A DNA stretch of 64,000 nucleotides, taken from positions 1,325,447 through 1,389,446 of the forward strand of contig MNCI01001065.1 in the NCBI GenBank assembly GCA_015680685.1. The letters are read 5' to 3'. Below the pieces are notes generated by a model. It saw only the letters and a program-made list of their open reading frames with translations, ran no database searches and was not told the DNA's origin. This stretch comes from Gnetum montanum. Lineage: Eukaryota; Plantae; Gnetophyta. Both the position numbers and the translations under genes were made by a program. Below, in pieces: positions 50,001-62,900 of this stretch; positions within the stretch are counted from its first letter, which is position 1; each line of letters opens with the position of its first letter.

Positions 50001-50957
50001 AAAGATGTCTCTAGGAAGTAGGAGATGTCTTGGTAGATTTGGGATGAACTCAGAGAAAATCTGAAAAGACATCTTTAGAAATAGTAAGATGTCTTTCCTT
50101 AGCCAAAGACATCTTTCATGAGACAAAAATATCTTCCATGAATCAAAGACATCTTCCAAGATGGAGACTTCAAAAAGACATCTTTCAAGAAACAAAGACA
50201 TCTTCTTAGATTTTAAGCCAAATTTAGAGAGACATCTCAAGCATGAGAAAGATGTCTTCTACAACTATTAGTGATTATTAGCTAGCTGTTGCATAAGTTT
50301 TGAGAAGGATTTAGCAAATGGTAGCTATAAAAAAATCATGTGCATTGGAAAATGTGCAATCATTGTTGTATTCATTATACAATCATTTGTAATCATTGAA
50401 TTCTCTATTTCTCCTCATTGTCTAATCATTTTGTCTTTGTAAAATGTGTTGTCCCTAACTATGCAAGGATTAGAAAATTGTGTTGTAGTTATTCCTTATA
50501 ATTCTTATTCTTTTTGCTATAATGGATTGAGTTCCTTGAGCTTGTCGGGATCCTATAAGATTGAGTTGTTGGTGTTGCAGTACAACACTCCAATGCAAAG
50601 CTCAAGATTGTAAAGTTTGTGGAAGCCTTGAAACCATATTTCCAAGTCTGATAGGACCTTACAAGGTTGAGTGATTGGTGTTGTAGTACAACACTCTAGA
50701 GCAAGGCTTGATGACTATATAGGTTGTGGACTCTTCAACCATAATTTGAGAGCAACAAAGTCTAGAGGTGTGCTTGTGATCTACCCTTTGAGTGTGGTAC
50801 CCAAGTTGGAGAACCAGGTAAATTTATGTGTGCATGATTTATTTATTTAAGTTTTGATTTGGAAAACTTATTCATGTCCCCCTTCTAAGTTCAATGATCC
50901 ATAAGTGGTATTAGAGCTTAGTACTCTTTGTGTCATCACCAATTTCAAGTGTAAACA

Positions 50958-52140
50958 ATGGAGGGAACTTCTTACATAAAGCCACCCATGTTTGATAGAT
51001 TCAACTTTGCCTATTGGAAAGCCAGAATGCAAGGGTTCTTTGAATCCATGAAGTTTGTAGTATGGGAGTTAATATTGGAAGGCTACAATCCATCCATTGA
51101 CAACACCACTAGCATTATCAAGCCTCACAACAAATGGTCTCAAAAGGAAAAGGATAAGTTCATATTTGATTCAAAAGCAAAATATTATTTATATTATGCA
51201 TTGAATAAATATATATTTAATAGGGTAGTAGGATGTAAAATAGCCAAATAAATTTGGCAAACTTTAGAAGTTACTTATGAAGGAATCTCTATTGTTAAGA
51301 AATCCAAATTTTTAGTTCTACAAAGTGAATATGATAAGCTTAAAATGTGAGGAGGTGAGAAAATCAAGGATTAATTTTCTAGAGCTGACAATCTTGTTGT
51401 ATCCATTAGAGGAACAAGAAAGGACTTGCTGAAAGCAACGTCATCATCAAAAATGATCAAAACTCTACAATCAAGGTTTAAACATAAGGTCACAACCATG
51501 GAGGAAATTAGAGATTTCTCAACTCTAAGATTTGAGGAACTTCCAAGTGCTCTCATCGCCTATGAAATGAATCTCATAGAAAAGGAGAAATTAAATAAAA
51601 CCATATTGCTCTAAATACTACCTCCTAGGAGAAGGAGGTAAATGAGCATGATGATAGTAATGAAGATGAGATTGCTCCTCTCAAGGACACTATAATAATT
51701 GCTTACAAGAAGAAACAAAGGGAAATCTCAACAACAGCAACGATCAAATTTTTTCAAAGGTAGAGAAGGAGGTAGAAATTTTTTAAATTATTCTAATCTA
51801 TATTTTTCCTCCATAGAATGTTGGATTTGTGAAGGAAAGGCCATATGGGCTTTGAATGCTCTAATGATCCAAATGATAGCAAAGTTTAGCCAAAGAATAG
51901 ATCCAATGATGAGGAACCAAACAAGATGAACTTTTATACAAGTTGGGATGACAGTGAGCAAAGTGAAGAAGAAGCATGTAATTCTCCTAAAGATTCTCAT
52001 CTCATCTACATGGTGCTTAATGATGAACCTTCCTCACATATGGTTGAACAACATGGTACGTGTGATGAGAGGTAGAGTGAATTTAAAGAAGAAATTTTTC
52101 TCTTACATCATTTCATTAGGAAGGCAAAGAAACTAGTGCT
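50958..52140 (+). pseudogene. gag: Copia gag
   Basis: KPPMFDRFNFAYWKARMQ...WELILEGY; IWQTLEVTYEG; KVTTMEEIRDF...LIAYEM; knuckle CWICEGK/GHMGFEC. Confidence 0.9.
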
Positions 52141-54210
52141 TTCTAAGTTAAATGTTATTCATGCTAAAATAAAATAAGATATCTCAAACATAAAAGCTGA
52201 TATTCAACCACTAACCTCTTGTAACAAGGATTGCAGTAACATTCAAAATGAGGAGATTTTGGAAAATTAGCCAAAAAATTGAAAGGAAGCAATACTTGAA
52301 GTTTCAAGCTCAAAGTTAAGCATATTAAGGTTTGATAATTTAGATCAAGATGAAACTACTTTTATATGTAAATATTGTGGTTTTATGCAAACTCCTACTT
52401 ATGATGATCAAAATAAGATTAATGCTTGGTCTTGTCAAAATGGGTTTACTAAGGAAATTATGCAGGTACAAATAAAAGAGAATAAAGAGAAGTAGAGCTT
52501 TGAAAATAATGCAAAAATTGATTTAAAGTTTTATCACAAGGAAAATGAACAAATAGAGATATGACATACACAATCTAATGCAAGAAAACCTAAGGATGAG
52601 GAGGAACTTCATGATAGGGGACCTCATCTCAAACTCCATTAATCTTCCCAATTTATTGATAAGCAAGATAAGTCAAGGTAAGTCTCTATCTCTTTGCTTG
52701 CTAGTTAATAAGGATATTGTAAATTATCCATGTCTTAGATAAGAAATGTGGAATAAGTACCTAGAAAATTTCTCTCATTCATTCATGCTATTAATTAGTT
52801 TTGTGAATATTTACAATAGCTCTTATAATAATTTTCCTTGGTTTGATTTGCTCAATCTAAAATTCTTGTGATGATCTGTTTCTATGTTCATAGTCTTTGA
52901 AATGATTTTTTTCCATTTATAAGATGAGACAAACCTCTATCAATGTTGCTGGTTGAAGATCTAGATCTCCATAAATTAAGATTAATGTTGATCTACAATT
53001 ATAATGTATTTGTGATTTTTTGCACATTGATCTTAAAATCCCTAGAGAAGTGCCACATATGTAAGGGAAGCCTACATCTAAATCATCTTGGAGTCCATCA
53101 ATGTAGGGGGAGTCCATGCAAACTTTAGCCAAAATGCACAATGAGCAAGAGAAGAACTTTAAGAGGTATTTATTAGGATGGAAAAGTCTTGAATGGTTGT
53201 GTATTAGGACTTTAAAAGATACTTAACTATATATGAATACTTAGTTTCTTATCAGCATCTATTGTTTGCAAATGATTATGATTATTGTATTAGCTTATAC
53301 TAAAATCAAAAAATGCATGAATTTCATATTCTTTTGATAAATTCTTTTGGTTAAATCTAGAATTACATGATGCTATCTATGAGATTAGTTTTCATTTATC
53401 TGTAGTATTTAGCATCAATTTATGTATTGGTTCTCATTTTCTTGAACTGATATCCCACCTATCCTATGTTGAATCATAAGCTTAAGCATGAAGTATCTAT
53501 TTTTATATAGCAAGTAGTTGATATTATGAGCAAAGATAGGATATTTTATTTTGGGTATCTATGATTTTGATAATTTTCTTTGAGAATTTGACATGGCTAG
53601 TTTCATGTTGTAGATTGCTATATGATCATTTACCAAGATGAAGATCCATACTAATTACTTATTTTGAAGATAGATTACTTGCTCCTCAACGTTCACACTT
53701 TACTTCAAGCTTAAATATTGGTTGAAAAACTTGGATCAGTTCTAGATATATGTGAGGCACCAATTTTTTCTTTCCTATTTGTGTAATACTTAATATATTC
53801 TCTATCTTTGACTATTTTTACATGATCATTAGTAGAAACTTTAAGTGTATGAATGTATATTTATTAGCACGTTTCATCTTTTCTCAATGGTTTTGGATGT
53901 TGCATTACCTCGAACAAACAATAGAGTATGCATGTCTCAGTCATAGCTTTGACCTTTAAAATTGAATGTTAATGGTTCTTATTAAATTAATTTTAGCTCC
54001 TTTTTTGACCTCAAAACCAAAGTACTTAATTTTTACTACATTTTGAACAATAACATGATTACTCTATGGGAATGTATTCCTTTGACATCCATTTTTTTTC
54101 ATTGTGAAGTTGTATGGCTATATTTACCTCATCATGGAGTTATGCCCATGTTTTATAAAAATGAATATTATCTAAATTCCAAGCACCTTGCACTATAAAT
54201 GTCTTATTGT

Positions 54211-54880
54211 TTTAGAGATAGGTTGCTTAAGCTTTTGCTTCAAGGTTGAATTTCACTTGGAAAAATTATTCTACTCTTACCAACTATGGGGAACCTATTC
54301 GTGGACTTGATAACTACATACCCCACATATCTTTTTAGGATTATGAGTGGTACTTGGCTCTCCATATTATATTGTTCTTTTTTGTGAACCTTGTCCTTTT
54401 TGTTGCTTTCAAAAATGGGAAGAATAGAATGGTTATATTTGTATGATCACTAATCCATTTTCTTAAGTTTTGAACATCACCAAAAAAGGGGAGATTGTGG
54501 ATCTCTTGGTGTTTTGGTATGCTCAAAAGATTAAGGAAAATTTTTTTAGAGATAGGCTACTTAAGCCTTTACTTCAAGGTTGAATTTCCGTTTGGAATAA
54601 TTTTTCTACTCTTACCAACTATGGGGCACCTATTTATAGACCTAATAACTACATACTCCTTGTATCCTTTTAGGATTATGAGAGGTATTTGGATCTCCAT
54701 ATTATATTGTTCTTTTTTATGTGCCTTATCCTTTTTTTTTTTGTTGTTTAAGAAGGGGGAGAGTAGTATGGTTATATTTGTATGATCACTAACCCATTTT
54801 CTTAAGTTTTGAACATCACCAAAAAGGGGGAGATTTTGGACCTTTTGGTATTTTGGTATGATTAAAAAATTAAGTAAAAT
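54211..54880 (+). repeat. ~335-bp tandem duplication covering the pre-LTR region, PPT and LTR start
   Basis: 54211-54540 aligns with 54545-54880; both contain aaaaaggg(g)gagat followed by the LTR start. Confidence 0.88.
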
Positions 54881-57431
54881 GGAGACAAAATTTGTTTGAA
54901 TGGTTGTATTATTTTTATAAGTATGTACATAGGAAAACACGATGAGCTAAATAGTACATCAAACAAACTATCCCAAAGCTCAAAGGAGGAGGTCATCCAC
55001 ATGTCTTCAAACAAACATCCAAAGAACATGAACAAGGACTTGATATTGAACAAGAAAATTTATCATCATCTAAGAATGAAAAAGATCAAAAATATGAACA
55101 AGGAATGATGCATTCAAAAGACAAAGGTAGATGAAGAAATATGTATCTAGGAAGTAAGAAACATCTTGGTAGATTTGGAGTGAACTGAGAGAAAATTCAG
55201 AAAGATGTCTTCAAAAACAATAAGATGTCTTTCCCCAGCCAAAGAAATATTTCATGAGGGAAATACATCTTTACAAAATTCAAACCAAATACAGAAAGAC
55301 ATCTTCCATGGAGAAAATATGTCTTCTAATATGGAGACTTCAAAAAGACATCTTTAAGGAAACAAAGACATCTTCCTAGATTTGAAGCCAAATTCAAAGA
55401 GATGTCTTAGGCATGAGAGAGATGTCTCCCATGACCATTAATGACCATTATCTGGCCATTGCACAAGTTTTAAGAAAATTTATCAACACAAAAGCTATAA
55501 GAAGATTTCATGTGCATTGGGAAATGTGCAATCATTGTTGTATTCATTGTACAATCATTTGTAATAATTGAATTTTCTATTGCTTCTCATTGTCTAATGA
55601 TTTTAGCTTTAAAAGTGTGTTGTACCTAACTATGCAAGGATCAACAAATTTAGTTGCAATCACTCCTTGTAATTCTTATTCTTGTTACCCTAAGGGGTTG
55701 AGTTCCTTGAGCTTGTCAAGATCCTACGAGATTGAGTTGTTAGTGTTGTGGTACAACACTCTAAAGAAGAGATCAAGATTGTAAAGGTTTTGGATGATTT
55801 TAAACCACATTTCCAAGCCTGATAGAACCTTGTAAGGTTGATTGATTGGTTCTACAATACAACACTTTGAAGTAGGGCTTGATGACTATATAGGGTGTGG
55901 ACCCTTCAATCATAATTTAAGAGCAGAAAAGTCCAAAGGTGTGCTTGTGATCTACCCTTCAAGTGTGGAGTAGCCATGTTGGAAAAAAATTTAAATTTTT
56001 GTGTGTGCTTTGTTTATTTAAGTTTTGATTTGGGGAACTTATTCATCCCCTCCCCCCTCTTCTAAGTTCAATGATCCACACTCGTAACCCAATGATCAAA
56101 ACGCTAGCCCAATCAAACCTAGTACATTCCATTAAAACCTCTTCCATTATTCAAGCATATTGAATCCTTATGGTTTTCTTCTATGATAGGAGCATGGGAA
56201 AGGCTCTAGAGGAGAAAAGAAGATAACTCTCATTTGCTTCCTCAACTTTATGCTTGCTAATTAACAATGTAGCACTAGAAGGAAAGTTAGTCCAAGCCCC
56301 CATATCCTCTCTATGGCCTACATCTTTCCCTACCCTAATAGAAACCTTGATACCACTAGAAGGAATGCCAAAAATATTGCTAAACATAGACTTATTAATG
56401 CTCAAAACCACAAGAAAATCATGAATGCAAGTGATCAATTTGGTGATCCCCTCATTAAAAAAGTCAATCACATTCAACATCTCAATAAGTGACATTGATG
56501 GACTAAGTAGAATGAATAAGTTAAATAAACATTCATTGGTGAGCCTCAGTTGGACATCCTCAAAAGCTTTGTCTATCAACCATTCCTATGAGAGGTCTAC
56601 ATCACCCCACTTGAGTTGAATCTTTTCCTCAACACAACCTGAAATGATCATAATGATTGTAATCTCACACACAAAATCTATAGCACTAAATAGTTGACCT
56701 ATTAACCTCATAAAAATAATACCAAAAAATGCTAAAAAAAAGTTAATCACACTTTAAAACTTTCACTCATCAGGCTTAGGCAAAGTTGGAACCTTAGGCT
56801 AAACTAGCATACATCCTCCTAGATCTTGATGAATCCACCATGCATGTGCACAATTAGTGACTACACACATTGGATATACGTGAGAATACTACATAAGGTA
56901 AGTTGGTCAAGCACTTGCACTCTTATAACCTCACCTTGCCTAAACTCCTTCAAAGTTGTACAGGCCACAAACAAGGTTCGGTCATTTCTCACCAATCCTC
57001 CATGATGTACCCTATACCTGCAAAAACTGAAGCACAAAACAATTAGAACAAATAACACTAAAACCAAATATAAACAAAATGTATTAATTTGAAATCAAAT
57101 TTATGCTTCTAGTAGTTAGATAGTTTCCAAAGCATTTTGGAATAAAGTGCTTATGCAGTGGCCCACCATCAAGGTGTTATTGGCATTGTACTACAAATAC
57201 TTGGGCATCTCTTAAATTTTGGATAATTATCGAACTCCCACAGAATATGAGCCCTTATTTTATGATATCTCTCTCTAATTATCAAGATCATCAACCATGA
57301 ACTATAAGCTATAGTTAGAAGACCCTACCATTAGAGTCTCCATAATTATAGCTACGACATCTATAGCTAAGTGATCACATAATCACACTATAGTTGTGGA
57401 GAAGGTATATTAGAAATTCTTTGGTACCAGG

Positions 57432-58184
57432 TGAAACACCACTAATTTTGGCCTAACACTTTGAAAGAAGAATGACTCAAGCCCTTTTGAGCTTTCGGGA
57501 GGTAAAATTTGGTTAAGGCATGGAAACCACACTCAGCTAAATCAAGACAGCTTGCTCATCTCATCAAGTTGGAAGCTTGCCCATGGTGTGACCAACTCTC
57601 AAAGTTTCAAAACTGAGCCAAAATGATCTGATCTACAACGTGCAAGTCATCCTCAGAGCACATCCTTGACAGCTTCCAATCTCAACTTTCGGAATGCTAG
57701 ATTTTAGCTCAAAATTACAAGTTTTTGCATGTCATGCTACATGTCACGCTGCAATGTGATTGCAGTGTGACCTACTTAAAGTGATTTCAAACAAGTCACA
57801 TCTAGGCTCAAATTCCAGTTTTCAGATCACTCTCAGGATCAACTATAGCCAGATAGTAGTTGCACTCAAGAATCAAGCTTCAAAATCACAATTTTGAATA
57901 AAATACATCATTTTCGAGTCATGTCATGCTTCATGTCACACTGTAGTGTGACTATAGCATGGCCTACTCAAAATAGCTTGAAACAAGGCACTTTCATGCT
58001 GAATTCATCAATCACAGTTAGGAAATCCTTACACTTCAAGAATTAGGCTTCAAAATTCCAAAATTTAGTGAAAAATTGCAAGTTTTTATTCACTCATGCT
58101 GAGGTCACATGGCAGTGTGAGTGTAGCATGAGTATAGCGTGAGTGTCACGCATGCACACTCAAGTCATGCTGAGACAAAGTCAA
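57432..58184 (+). repeat. E5: 5' part of another Tat-family LTR with GTCAC(A/G)CTG(C/T)A dyads, interrupted by E3
   Basis: Starts tgaaacacc exactly where the NIF exon of copy C is cut; repeated catgtcacgctgcaatgtgattgcagtgtgac-like units at ~57730, 57920 and 58095. Confidence 0.7.
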
Positions 58185-59641
58185 TGAAACACCGTGAAAA
58201 TTACGAGTCGGCCTCAGGCGAAGATTCGTAATTCAAGCAAGAACGCGCCTCAAATTTGTTCAAGGACAAGTTTACGCTCTATCACGCATGGCAGCGTAAT
58301 GAGCATAATAAGCTCCAAGACAGTTGAAGGCAGAGTCTAAAGAAGCACAACAGTTTGACGCTTTTCCTTCCGGCGCATGCATAACTTGTTTTTACGCTCG
58401 ATACGCAACGGTGTGTATCATTGCGTATGTTATCATTCAAGTTGGTCATCGTTTTACGCTTCATACGCGCAGCTGCGTAGTGAGCGTAAGGCATACATTA
58501 CTTACGCTTCGTCACGCACGGCCGCGTGGTGAGCGTAAGTTGTACATTGCTTACGTTTTATCGCGCACAGCTGCGTAGTGAGCGTAATTTACACATCGTT
58601 TTACGCTCTAACACACGCAACTGCGTAATGAGCGTAAAATTGTGCATTACTTACGCTTCATTACGCCCAACTCCGTAGTGAGCGTAAAGCAACTTTGAGC
58701 TTATTGTTTTTACCAGATTATGCTCATATACGCAACGCAACGCGAATGAGTGTAATCCAGCCTGAAAACAATTAAAGCACGCTCAACGCTTGCTTACTTC
58801 TCACACGCACAACACGCAAACAAGCGTGTTGTGCGTAGTCACAGTCTGACTTAAAAGATCATGCCAGCAGAGCCCGCAATATCCGAAACCCACATCATCA
58901 AGGTTGCGCCTTCTCTGCGAAGTGTCGTGGCCTATAAATACCCTAGTTAACAAAGATACAGGGGTTGGCAAAAATTCGGGTTAGCAAAAACTCAGAGAAG
59001 CAAAAAGGATATTTCTGAGTACCAGAGCACTTAGCACTTTAGAGCAGAAATACAGAGAACAGCGCTTTGGCAATCGTGGACATCATCACCTTACAGTCGA
59101 AGCAGAGTACAGATTTGAGCACCGGTGACAGGAGCAATCTCTCTGCTGAAGAGACTTTATCAATCAGATACAGTTGATCGGTAGACGTCGAAGCTTGGCC
59201 TGCCTTGCATCTCAGCTTAGCCCACGAGGTAGATCGAACTTCTGTTCAGACCATTTTGCTTGTTTTTTTGTGCTTGTTTCACATCCTGTAATCGGGGATT
59301 CCCCAGTGTAATTTCTCATATGAAATATACATTTGTGAGTCAAAGCGCAGATCTTGAAGCTACGTGTTTCTCTTTTGCCAGCCTCCTCTCATCGTGTTTA
59401 GCATTATCGCTGTTGCAATCCAACCACATCGCTTTCCCTTGGCCCCTCGAATCAGATCACTTTCTTTTACGTGCTTTACGTTGTTTTACTAACCCGTAAG
59501 TCCCTGTCTGATCGACAAGACCGTTCAGGGCACCGCGGATTCATTTTTTCCAGCATAGCCCTCGCACAGATCCGTGGCTAAAACTGTGTACGCTGGAATA
59601 TCGGTCGGTATTTCCAGCTGCCGACATTTTCTGTCGTTACA
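58185..59641 (+). repeat. E3 5' LTR (1457 bp)
   Basis: tgaaacacc...tcgttaca; CTATAAATA at ~58932; the 3' end matches the reverse complement of the E1 LTR. Confidence 0.92.
58454..58687. repeat. Five ~49-bp palindromic units in E3 U3
   Basis: TTACGCT-N3-TACGC-loop-GCGTA-N3-AGCGTAA-like units starting at 58454, 58502, 58551, 58601 and 58651. Confidence 0.9.
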
Positions 59642-59647
59642 ATTTTC

Positions 59648-59664
59648 TGGTGCTAGAAGGAGGG
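59648..59664 (+). other. E3 primer binding site, tRNA-Asn
   Basis: TGGTGCTAGAAGGAGGG, 6 nt after the LTR. Confidence 0.85.
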
Positions 59665-59720
59665 CCTTCAAGCTCCGATCCGAATATTTCGGGTAACCCT
59701 GTTAGAGATCTATACCCTAA

Positions 59721-59980
59721 NNNNNNNNNNNNNNNNNNNNNNNNNNNNNNNNNNNNNNNNNNNNNNNNNNNNNNNNNNNNNNNNNNNNNNNNNNNNNNNN
59801 NNNNNNNNNNNNNNNNNNNNNNNNNNNNNNNNNNNNNNNNNNNNNNNNNNNNNNNNNNNNNNNNNNNNNNNNNNNNNNNNNNNNNNNNNNNNNNNNNNNN
59901 NNNNNNNNNNNNNNNNNNNNNNNNNNNNNNNNNNNNNNNNNNNNNNNNNNNNNNNNNNNNNNNNNNNNNNNNNNNNNNNN
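59721..59980. other. Assembly gap (260 N); a single N also occurs at 42232
   Basis: N run in the sequence. Confidence 1.
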
Positions 59981-59982
59981 GA

Positions 59983-62900
59983 TCCTTGAGGCTTCAGGGG
60001 AAAGAGCCCATCTTTACGGTTATAACCCCTGAAGAATACAATTTCATCTGCGTCAAGATCCAGGCGGGGCTGGCTCTTAGCCGAGCCGAGTTGGAGGCAA
60101 AGCAAAACTTCGAGTTGCTTCATCGAGGGGGCTATGATTTTAGGCCAACGGCCTACGATATAATCCCCTTGACTGACCAATACCACGAATTGATCACACA
60201 GCTGATCATGGCCAGAGGCCAGACTTCTCAACCCGTGGTGGAGCCTCAGCGTGAGGAGGAGGCAGAGGACGAATTCGTGGCCATGTCAGAACATTCGTTC
60301 CATACTCTAACACCCCACACGTACATAAATCCATTGTTCCATTTCAACGGAGAGGTGGCCTCTCTGGACTCAGCTGTGACCGCGCAGGCGCAAATCCCTG
60401 TCCTTCCATAGGCCAACGCGCAGCCGTCTGGATTGCTAACGCAAGTACCGCATAACGCGGGAGTGATTCCATCGCAGCACGTGATTGACATTCCCGTGGT
60501 GATCCCGGCGACCACCACCCCCTATTTCATCCCTCAGGTACAAGCTCACACTGTACCGCCGACCACTCGCTCAGTGCAAATATTCCTGCCCCCGCCAACT
60601 CAGCAAAATACCACAACCGTACCACCACAAACCTTTGTTCAATACCCTGCAACCGGTCAGTGGGCCAACCCTGCTACACAACAGCACCCACATACGGTTT
60701 ACAGTGCACAGCCTCCGCTAGCACCCGCGGCACAATTTTCATGGGTGATTCCTCGTTATACTTATCATTATGCTACGCAGCAGGCAGCTGCTAACCCCTC
60801 GTCTCAGACCGGAGGGTGGTGGTCTTCGCAGGCCCCCCAGCCTGCAGGGATCCCTGCTCCACCTGCGGTTACCCAACCACCCCCTGCATTTCAATTGCCT
60901 AGGACTGCCCTCCCAGTCCAACCTCCTGTGCCTGCTGCATAAATGCAGCCGTTAACAGGTCTGGATCAAGCGTTCCAGCTTATCCAGACGCTTACCGAGG
61001 AGGTGCGACGCCTCAAGACCGCTGGGTCTGATACCGTTCAGATCATGGATTTCTATCAAGATGATCCGATCAATCCAGCGGTCCCCATGCTGTCGTTGCC
61101 TCCAGCGATGTCCCTCCCACATTTTACCAAGTATAATGGGGAGGGAGATCCCAACACCCATCTGGCCACCTTTAGGTCCGAATCTTTGTTGTTGCAACAG
61201 TGGCTGCATACTTTAGTCCGAGTCTTCGCGATGTCGCTAACAGGGAAGGCTTTAGACTGGTATAGAGCTCTCCCACGCTCTTCCATTGCAACCTTGGAAG
61301 AGCTGTTGACTCAATTTGTGACCCGATTCAAATACAACATGAAGCCGAAAGTCACGTTGGAACAGCTTATGGGGGTGAAACAAGACCCACTCGAGCCAGT
61401 CCAAAAGTTCATATAGCGTTGGAATGCTACCTTGAATAAGATCCGCGACTCGATCGTAGACTCCCATCTGCTGGCTATATTCAAGGGAGCAGTCAACGAC
61501 TTCATTAAGTCTAAGCTGTATTACCTTTCCCCTGGCGACATACGTCAGGCCTTCGCCCAGGTCCGGGGCATCCAAGATGCTGCGGAGGCCAGCAAAGACC
61601 CGGCATATATCGCTTACAAGAACACGCATAACAAAGCCAAGGACAAGGGCAAGGCAGTGACAACTACTGTAGCTGCGCTGACTGAGAATGCGAAGAATAA
61701 GAGCAAGAAAGCTCCAGAGACAGCACCGCCTGAGGCCACAGCTGCCCCTGAACAGGCCCCCCAACCGAAGCCGAATTTTGAGCGTAAAGATCGTTCAAAA
61801 TACGCGGCTTTACCCGTGAAACATTCTGAACTGCTAAAACAACTGTTAGCGGCAGGACACATTCAACCTAAGAAGGTGTCTGAGGAGGCCCTGAAGTGCC
61901 ACAGGCGTCACTGTGAATTGCTGAAGGACCCCTCTTTAGCTCTGCCTAACGAGCCGGCAGTTCCGAAATCTTTCAGGCTGGATCGTTTCTGTGACTACCA
62001 CCAGATGTGTGGTCACGACACGGATTATTGCTGGGCGTTGAAGGACGATATTCAATGCATGATCGATGAAGGTCATCTGAAACTAGACAGCAGTAACCCT
62101 ACGCGTCCAGAAAACCAAACATTGCATGTATACAAGGATCCCTTAAACACAAGCTACGATCCTTATACAATCACTGTGGTAAGTACGGACAGTGAGCATA
62201 AAGGACCACCAAAACAACCTTTTGTTTTGCGTGTGCCTGCCAGCTCACAAAGGGGGCCAACTACTTCTTCGGCAGCAGGTGGGGTCTCACGGCCGCCGTT
62301 CATCATACGGGCGCCTTCTCAGGTACGGCCTCAGTCACACGCTACTACCCAAGCCGCGGCTTCGGCTGCCCCCAAACCGAGAGCGCCTTTCATCATTAGG
62401 GCACCAAAATCACAGGCTGCTCCTCTCACGCAAGGGCAGACCTCCAGCCAAAACTATCAGTCATCGCCTCCTCGGCGTAAGGAGGAGAACACAATAGTTA
62501 ACGCAGCGAAAGACAACTCTACGCTTGGCTTCCCCAAGCCTAATCCCCTGGCCTCTGTACCTATGTCTATGCCTCAAAAACAGGCCAAGGGTGCAGAAAC
62601 GCAGCCACCTTCTCTCGTCAAAAAACAAAACAAACCTCCCACTGACACCGCTCCACCTCGAGAGATCGGTCTCTTGGGCCGAATGGAGGAAGATAAGGGG
62701 GATAAACCACCCTGCCGAGAGAAGGACCTCCTCGATGCGTTCACGCAGGTCAAACAAGCTCTCAAGTAGAAGAATACAACGCTGAGCTTGTACGATCTCT
62801 TGATGACTTCTCGAGAACACCGCGAGGCTATGGTATGCATGTTGACGTCCATATCAGTGGATGCCAGCTTGCGGGCGGAAGAGGAAGTGATACACGCTAT

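Larger units (their letters stand above)
49707..56080 (+). mobile_element. Sirevirus (SIRE)-like Ty1/copia element, gag only (no recognisable pol), 6374 bp
   Basis: LTRs 49707-50903 and 54835-56080 (decayed TGTGGA...TCCACA); PBS TGGTATTAGAGC at 50906-50917; PPT AAAAAGGGGGAGAT; degenerate TSD CCCAT/CTCGT; removing it restores the reading frame of accessory copy C. Confidence 0.88.
44190..57431 (+). mobile_element. E4: old Tat-family internal region (gag-PR + antisense accessory gene), interrupted by a Copia and by E5
   Basis: gag-PR on plus at 44190-47090 and accessory gene on minus at 47700-57431, the same layout as E1/E2; no 5' LTR or PBS found. Confidence 0.8.
47700..57431 (-). pseudogene. 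Antisense accessory gene, copy C (in E4)
   Basis: PGTKEFLIYLLHNYSVIM...YNANNTLMV (57431-57120); exon after tttttgcag at ~57018; LFNLFILLSP...FSNIFGIPSSG...SRAFP...FDWASVLIIGLR|Copia|DEV*KIYNNINSIYHLQF...YLRRLTKFLV; KPWV...KMDFMKGMMDDMVDRLHEIAPKFG; DWANMSEEKNFHKFEEGL. Confidence 0.8.

Noticed and set aside
44190-57431. Calling E2, E3 and E4 non-autonomous because no RT follows PR
   Set aside because: By the E1 layout, RT would lie beyond the accessory gene, i.e. outside the window or past nested insertions.
58454-58687. CRISPR-like palindromic repeat-spacer array
   Set aside because: Eukaryotic LTR context, the inter-unit sequences resemble each other rather than being unique spacers, and there are no cas genes.
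59650-60231. ORFs spanning the N run
   Set aside because: Their starts and continuity depend on the assembly gap.
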